From an uncultured Pseudomonadota bacterium (GTDB taxonomy: Bacteria > Vulcanimicrobiota > Vulcanimicrobiia > Eremiobacterales > Eremiobacteraceae), in contig CAVTNB010000001.1 of assembly GCA_963736005.1 (NCBI GenBank), forward strand, positions 640,001 through 704,000: a stretch of 64,000 nt of DNA, in the 5' to 3' direction. This document shows positions 60,153 through 64,000 of this stretch, one piece after another. The number at the start of each line of letters is the position of its first letter. Position 1 is the first letter of the stretch. Below the pieces are notes generated by a model. The model worked only from the letters and a program-made list of their open reading frames with translations, did no database searches and was not told the origin of the DNA. The position numbers were made by a program, and so were the translations under genes.

Positions 60153-60199
60153 TAGCGCATCGTTTCAACAAGCGGAGCGAAAGGTCTTTGGGGCGACGA

Positions 60200-60226
60200 G
60201 GGGCGATTTTCCAATCGCCCCCTACA
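60200..60226 (-). repeat. Family 1 REP (consensus copy)
   Basis: Identical to 51161-51187; contains the PASTA-gene TAG. Confidence 0.9.
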
Positions 60227-61328
60227 ACGGGGTCGAGCTCACCAGCTTGTCGTTCACGTAGGTTTCAATCGTCCCTTGGCCGACCACAGTCACGTCGAAC
60301 GAAAGCGTGACGCCCCCATTGGTCGTTTGATCGAAAATGATCCGTGAGCCAGTTGCGTCTTCCAGCACAACGCGGACGGGTTGGGCGACGTCCGACTGCG
60401 GCAGCGCCACTGAAATGCGCATGGTGCGTGAGGCGCCGGGTGACGCAAGGAGCGCGCTTGGGGCGGGCGAGGGGGAAGGAGCTGGTGAGCCAGCGAGCGG
60501 CAACGACGTTGCGATGGGGCTTGGCGTTGGCGTGGCGGGAGCACCACCCGAAATTTGCAGTGAAATCTTTTGGCCTGGCGTGAGTTGCTGTCCGGCAACC
60601 GGATCTTGCGCCACCACTGTCCCCTTGGGCTTTGCGCCAGGGGTGATGGGCATGTCCGTGATGCTTCCTAGAGCGATGTTCGCATCGCCGGCCGCTTTTT
60701 TGGCAAAATCGATCGACATCCCGATGAAACTCGGCGCGTACATCTGCGGACGTCCTTGTGCCACGGTCACATCGACCGTGCTACCTGCGGAGAGCGAGGT
60801 AAACGGATCTGGACGTTGCCCCAAGACGACGCCCGCGACCACTCCAAGATTCGTCGTCTCTTTCACTGTTCCCAAGCTGAGATGCGCATTACCAAGGGCA
60901 ACTTTTGCGTCGCGGAGAGAAAGGTTGCTCAGGTTTGGCGCTTTCACCATAGGAACGCCGTCGGAGAGAATCACGTCGATGACGCGGCCTTCGCGAACTT
61001 TCTCTCCCGCGCTCGGCAACTGTCCGATGATCACGTCCTTTGGCGCGTGAAAGTCGGCGCGGTGTGCCACAACGCGCAGTCCGACGTGCGCTGACGCCGA
61101 CAGCGAGCGCGCCTCGTCAAACGGCATGCCAATAAATGGTGGAACGGTGATCGGTCGACCCGCAGGCGTGAGCCAGCTAAACGCCGCAATTGCAACGACT
61201 GCGATGGCGACCACCAAAGCGATGAGCGAGATGAGCGGCAGGTAGTCGACCCAGCTTCGGCTGCGCCGAGCGCTCGCGTGGGTCGGTCGCGGGCGTCGGC
61301 GGCGCGAGCGGCCAGCGTCGTCACTCAT
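60222..61328 (-). CDS. PASTA-domain membrane protein without a kinase domain
   Basis: TM followed by three VP..IG / G.V..Q.P repeats, a Pro/Ser/Thr linker and a C-terminal beta domain. Confidence 0.88.
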   Translation of the reverse strand: MSDDAGRSRRRRPRPTHASARRSRSWVDYLPLISLIALVVAIAVVAIAAFSWLTPAGRPITVPPFIGMPFDEARSLSASAHVGLRVVAHRADFHAPKDVIIGQLPSAGEKVREGRVIDVILSDGVPMVKAPNLSNLSLRDAKVALGNAHLSLGTVKETTNLGVVAGVVLGQRPDPFTSLSAGSTVDVTVAQGRPQMYAPSFIGMSIDFAKKAAGDANIALGSITDMPITPGAKPKGTVVAQDPVAGQQLTPGQKISLQISGGAPATPTPSPIATSLPLAGSPAPSPSPAPSALLASPGASRTMRISVALPQSDVAQPVRVVLEDATGSRIIFDQTTNGGVTLSFDVTVVGQGTIETYVNDKLVSSTPL

Positions 61329-62086
61329 GCCAAGGCCTCGAGCACGGCGTCAGGTATGTCGGCGTTGGAATAAACGCTTGTGACGTCGTCGTGTTCTCCG
61401 AGAGCGTCAAGCAGCCGTAAGACATCAGGGGCAGCAGCAGCGGAAACCTCAATCGGCGTTTTGGGCCGCAAATCCACGACGGCCTCGCTGATCTTCAGAT
61501 GCTTGGGCTGCAAAAGGGTTTGCTCGATGTGGTCCCTCACTGCTGATAGCGCGCCCGGCTCGGTGATGACTTCGGCGCAGTCACCCTGAATTTGCACGTC
61601 GATCACGCCATCGACCACGGCCGCGTCGAGGAGTTCTTCTTCAGTGACCCCTGTCATCGGCACGGTCACCACGCCGCGCTCGTCAAACATCCAGCCGACG
61701 CTGCCGGTTTCGCCCAGATTGCCGCCGTTGCGCGAAAAGAGATAGCGCATTTCCGAGGCGGTACGATTGCGATTGTCGGTCACCGCAGCAACGATCACAG
61801 CCACACCGTGAGGCCCGTAGCCCTCATAGCGAATCTCTTCGAAAGCGTCGCCCTTCCCCTCTCCCGTGGCACGAGCGATGGCCCGCTTGATGGTATCCAT
61901 GGGCATGTTCGCATCGCGCGCTCGCGTGACGGCAATTTTTAAGCGAAAGTTTGCCTCCGGGTCGGGGAGACCGGACCTCGCGGCCACAATGATTTCCTTG
62001 CTGAGTTTTGTAAAGCGCTGCCCGCGCTGCGCATCGGCTTTGCCTTTGCGCAGCTTGATGTTATGCCACTTTGAGTGCCCAGACAT
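61325..62086 (-). CDS. yebC: YebC/PmpR family protein
   Basis: MSGHSKWHNIK, YEGYGPHG and TDNRNRT motifs. Confidence 0.96.
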   Translation of the reverse strand: MSGHSKWHNIKLRKGKADAQRGQRFTKLSKEIIVAARSGLPDPEANFRLKIAVTRARDANMPMDTIKRAIARATGEGKGDAFEEIRYEGYGPHGVAVIVAAVTDNRNRTASEMRYLFSRNGGNLGETGSVGWMFDERGVVTVPMTGVTEEELLDAAVVDGVIDVQIQGDCAEVITEPGALSAVRDHIEQTLLQPKHLKISEAVVDLRPKTPIEVSAAAAPDVLRLLDALGEHDDVTSVYSNADIPDAVLEALA

Positions 62087-62137
62087 GTCAATCTGATTCA
62101 GTAACCCTGTAGCAGCGCACCTCTAGGCCGAAGCAGC

Positions 62138-62164
62138 GGGGCGATTTTCCAATCGCCCCCTACA
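62138..62164 (-). repeat. Family 1 REP (consensus copy)
   Basis: Identical to 51161-51187; 9 bp after the GT2 stop. Confidence 0.9.
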
Positions 62165-62173
62165 GAATTGCGT

Positions 62174-62884
62174 TTAGTTGAGCGGTTTGCCCAAACGCAA
62201 TCGCACGACGTCTCTGATCGTCTTCAGAATCACTTTTGGCGTGGCACCCTTGGAAACGCCGGTCGTGCGCGGATAGTGGTGCACGCCTCGCTCGACCATC
62301 GGCACGTTGCGCCTGCGGAGTTTGATAAGCAATTCCGAGCTCACGAATGCTCCATTGGATTCAAGCGGTAAAACCTGCGCGAGGCTATCTTTGCGAAAGA
62401 GTTTGTAGGCGCAATCAATATCGCGCACGCGCAGGCCAAACACTGTCCGGATGACCAAATTGTAGACCTTCGCGATGAAGAGGCGATGCGCCGGGTCGCT
62501 CCGCCGAATCCGGTAACCCAAAACGACGGGTGCTCGGTCGAGCATCCCAAGCAATCCGGGCAGCTCCTGCAAGTCGAACTGGCCATCGGCATCGGAGAAA
62601 AAGACTAACTCTTTGGCCGCGTTCGCAAAGCCCGTGCGTAATGCGGCTCCATAACCGCGGTTCACCTCGTGCCGGATGAGGCGAACGTGGGGATCGTGTT
62701 TGGTGATTTCCTCCACCATGGCGGCCGTCGCATCGGAGCTGCCATCGTCCACAACGATGATCTCGTAGTCGTCAGCGAAGCGCGCAACCGCGCTCGAGGC
62801 GGATTCAACCGTCTTGGCAATGATGTCTTGTTCGTTATACGCGGGAAAAAAGACCGACAGCGATGCGGCGCGCTCTTGGGCCAA
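62174..62884 (-). CDS. GT2 glycosyltransferase (polyprenol-phosphate mannose synthase-like)
   Basis: PAYNE, VDDGSSD, DADGQ and DIDCAYKLF motifs. Confidence 0.92.
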   Translation of the reverse strand: MAQERAASLSVFFPAYNEQDIIAKTVESASSAVARFADDYEIIVVDDGSSDATAAMVEEITKHDPHVRLIRHEVNRGYGAALRTGFANAAKELVFFSDADGQFDLQELPGLLGMLDRAPVVLGYRIRRSDPAHRLFIAKVYNLVIRTVFGLRVRDIDCAYKLFRKDSLAQVLPLESNGAFVSSELLIKLRRRNVPMVERGVHHYPRTTGVSKGATPKVILKTIRDVVRLRLGKPLN

Positions 62885-62887
62885 TGC

Positions 62888-64000
62888 TCAGATCCATCCA
62901 TAGGGGTGCGGCACACCATCTTTGTACCAGATGCGTGCATCCCACTGCTTCCACGTCATGTGAGCGCCGTCCAGGATCGGCATAAAAAAGATAAACGAGA
63001 GCACGCACGCGGCAAGGTAGCCGAGCACAATGGCCCTGACCGTCTTTGGCGACGCAGCGTTGTTCGCCCATTGCCACAGCTTCATCAAAACGTATGCTCC
63101 GCACAGACAAATGATGGCATTGTCGGGATAGAAATTGTACTGGAAGTCGATGCGCGGCGACATGACCCATGGGAGCCATTGGAAGAAATATGCCGCCACG
63201 CACCACATCATGCCTTTGTGCCGCGTGTGCCACGCCAGAATGCCGGCCACCGGCACCGTCACGAGTTGCGCAAGCCACATGATCGGATTCGGCAACGCGA
63301 GCACTTCCCCGACGACTTGATTGGGGGGCTGGGTACCAGAGAAAACGTGGTAGTAGTAGGAAACCGGACGCAGTTCGAGCGGCCACGTCCACCACGTCGA
63401 CGCGTACGGGTGCGTCGCTTTGAGATTGTGGTGGTACCCGTACATGGTTTTTTGCAGTTCCCACCAATCGTGCAAGTTGCCGTGAAAGTCACCTGCGTTG
63501 GTGTTGCCAATTTGGAAGAACGGAATGTACGTGAGCAGATAAACGACCGAGGTCACGATGAGCGATGACGCAATAAAGATCGGGAAGCGGAAACCATAGG
63601 CGTTGCCCCACACAAAGCGTCGGGGTGTTGCCTTGCTCTTTGGCTTTTCCGGTACCCAAGGCAAGCGGCGCTGCAGGCTGACGGCAAAGGCAAGCCCCCA
63701 AATCCCGGCCAAGTCGAAAAACCCATTCCATTTGCTTGAGATGACGCAGGCGACGGCGAGGCTGGTCATGCCCATCCAGAAGGCCCACTTTTGGGTGTCA
63801 AGCACCGGAAGGCCATTAACCGTGCCCGCGATTGTCCCGTCGCGGCGCCAGTCTATGGTATTGCCATCTTCTTCTATCCGAGCGCCGTCTGCGCTCCACG
63901 TCGTCTTCTGGTCGTCGTCCGCCAGCTTTGCTCCTCGCAACGGCACCCGCTCGCCATCCTCAAACACAACTTCATTTTGTTCGATCGAACTTCCATCGGG
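62888..64000 (-). CDS. Protein O-mannosyltransferase (PMT/GT-C)-like, 3' part
   Basis: SKWNG, YHHNLKATHPYASTWWTWP, LPNP, FQYNFYP; runs off window. Confidence 0.85.
   Translation of the reverse strand, partial: PDGSSIEQNEVVFEDGERVPLRGAKLADDDQKTTWSADGARIEEDGNTIDWRRDGTIAGTVNGLPVLDTQKWAFWMGMTSLAVACVISSKWNGFFDLAGIWGLAFAVSLQRRLPWVPEKPKSKATPRRFVWGNAYGFRFPIFIASSLIVTSVVYLLTYIPFFQIGNTNAGDFHGNLHDWWELQKTMYGYHHNLKATHPYASTWWTWPLELRPVSYYYHVFSGTQPPNQVVGEVLALPNPIMWLAQLVTVPVAGILAWHTRHKGMMWCVAAYFFQWLPWVMSPRIDFQYNFYPDNAIICLCGAYVLMKLWQWANNAASPKTVRAIVLGYLAACVLSFIFFMPILDGAHMTWKQWDARIWYKDGVPHPYGWI

Noticed and set aside
46023..62164. CRISPR array from the 27-bp palindromic repeats
   Set aside because: Copies are dispersed over kilobases with no regular spacers, and no cas genes are present.

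Overview
Bacterial chromosome segment, about 60% GC, transcribed mostly on the minus strand. Two housekeeping blocks have a Firmicutes-like gene order. The first (45-64 kb) is PMT-type GT, GT2, yebC, PASTA protein, rpe, thiL, rpmB, DAK2, plsX, degV, hemW, PIN/TRAM, ispD, ispF, gltX, cysE, cysS, rlmB, sigH. The second (0-4.7 kb) is tuf, rpmG, tRNA-Trp, secE, nusG, rplK, rplA, rplJ, rplL. About 40 kb of accessory genes lie between them, splitting the normally contiguous Thr(TGT)-Tyr-Gly-Thr(GGT) tRNA cluster. A predicted outer-membrane barrel plus this gene order suggests a diderm Terrabacteria lineage such as Candidatus Eremiobacterota (inference only). Most notable observations: (1) a 23-aa leader peptide ending CRCCC between gltX and cysE, whose Cys codons pair with the cysE ribosome-binding site, at the position where Bacillus has a T-box; (2) two families of GTAG-tagged REP palindromes, almost all on one strand, that supply stop codons, bracket single genes and sit inside leader RNAs; (3) an orphan 35-aa RiPP-precursor-like peptide; (4) three PDZ-multiTM-GAF receptors with no output domain and three DUF4760-like paralogs; (5) integrase remnants. 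Frameshifts in five essential genes at 2.0-4.2 kb are most likely sequencing errors. All calls were made by eye; no searches or folding programs were run.
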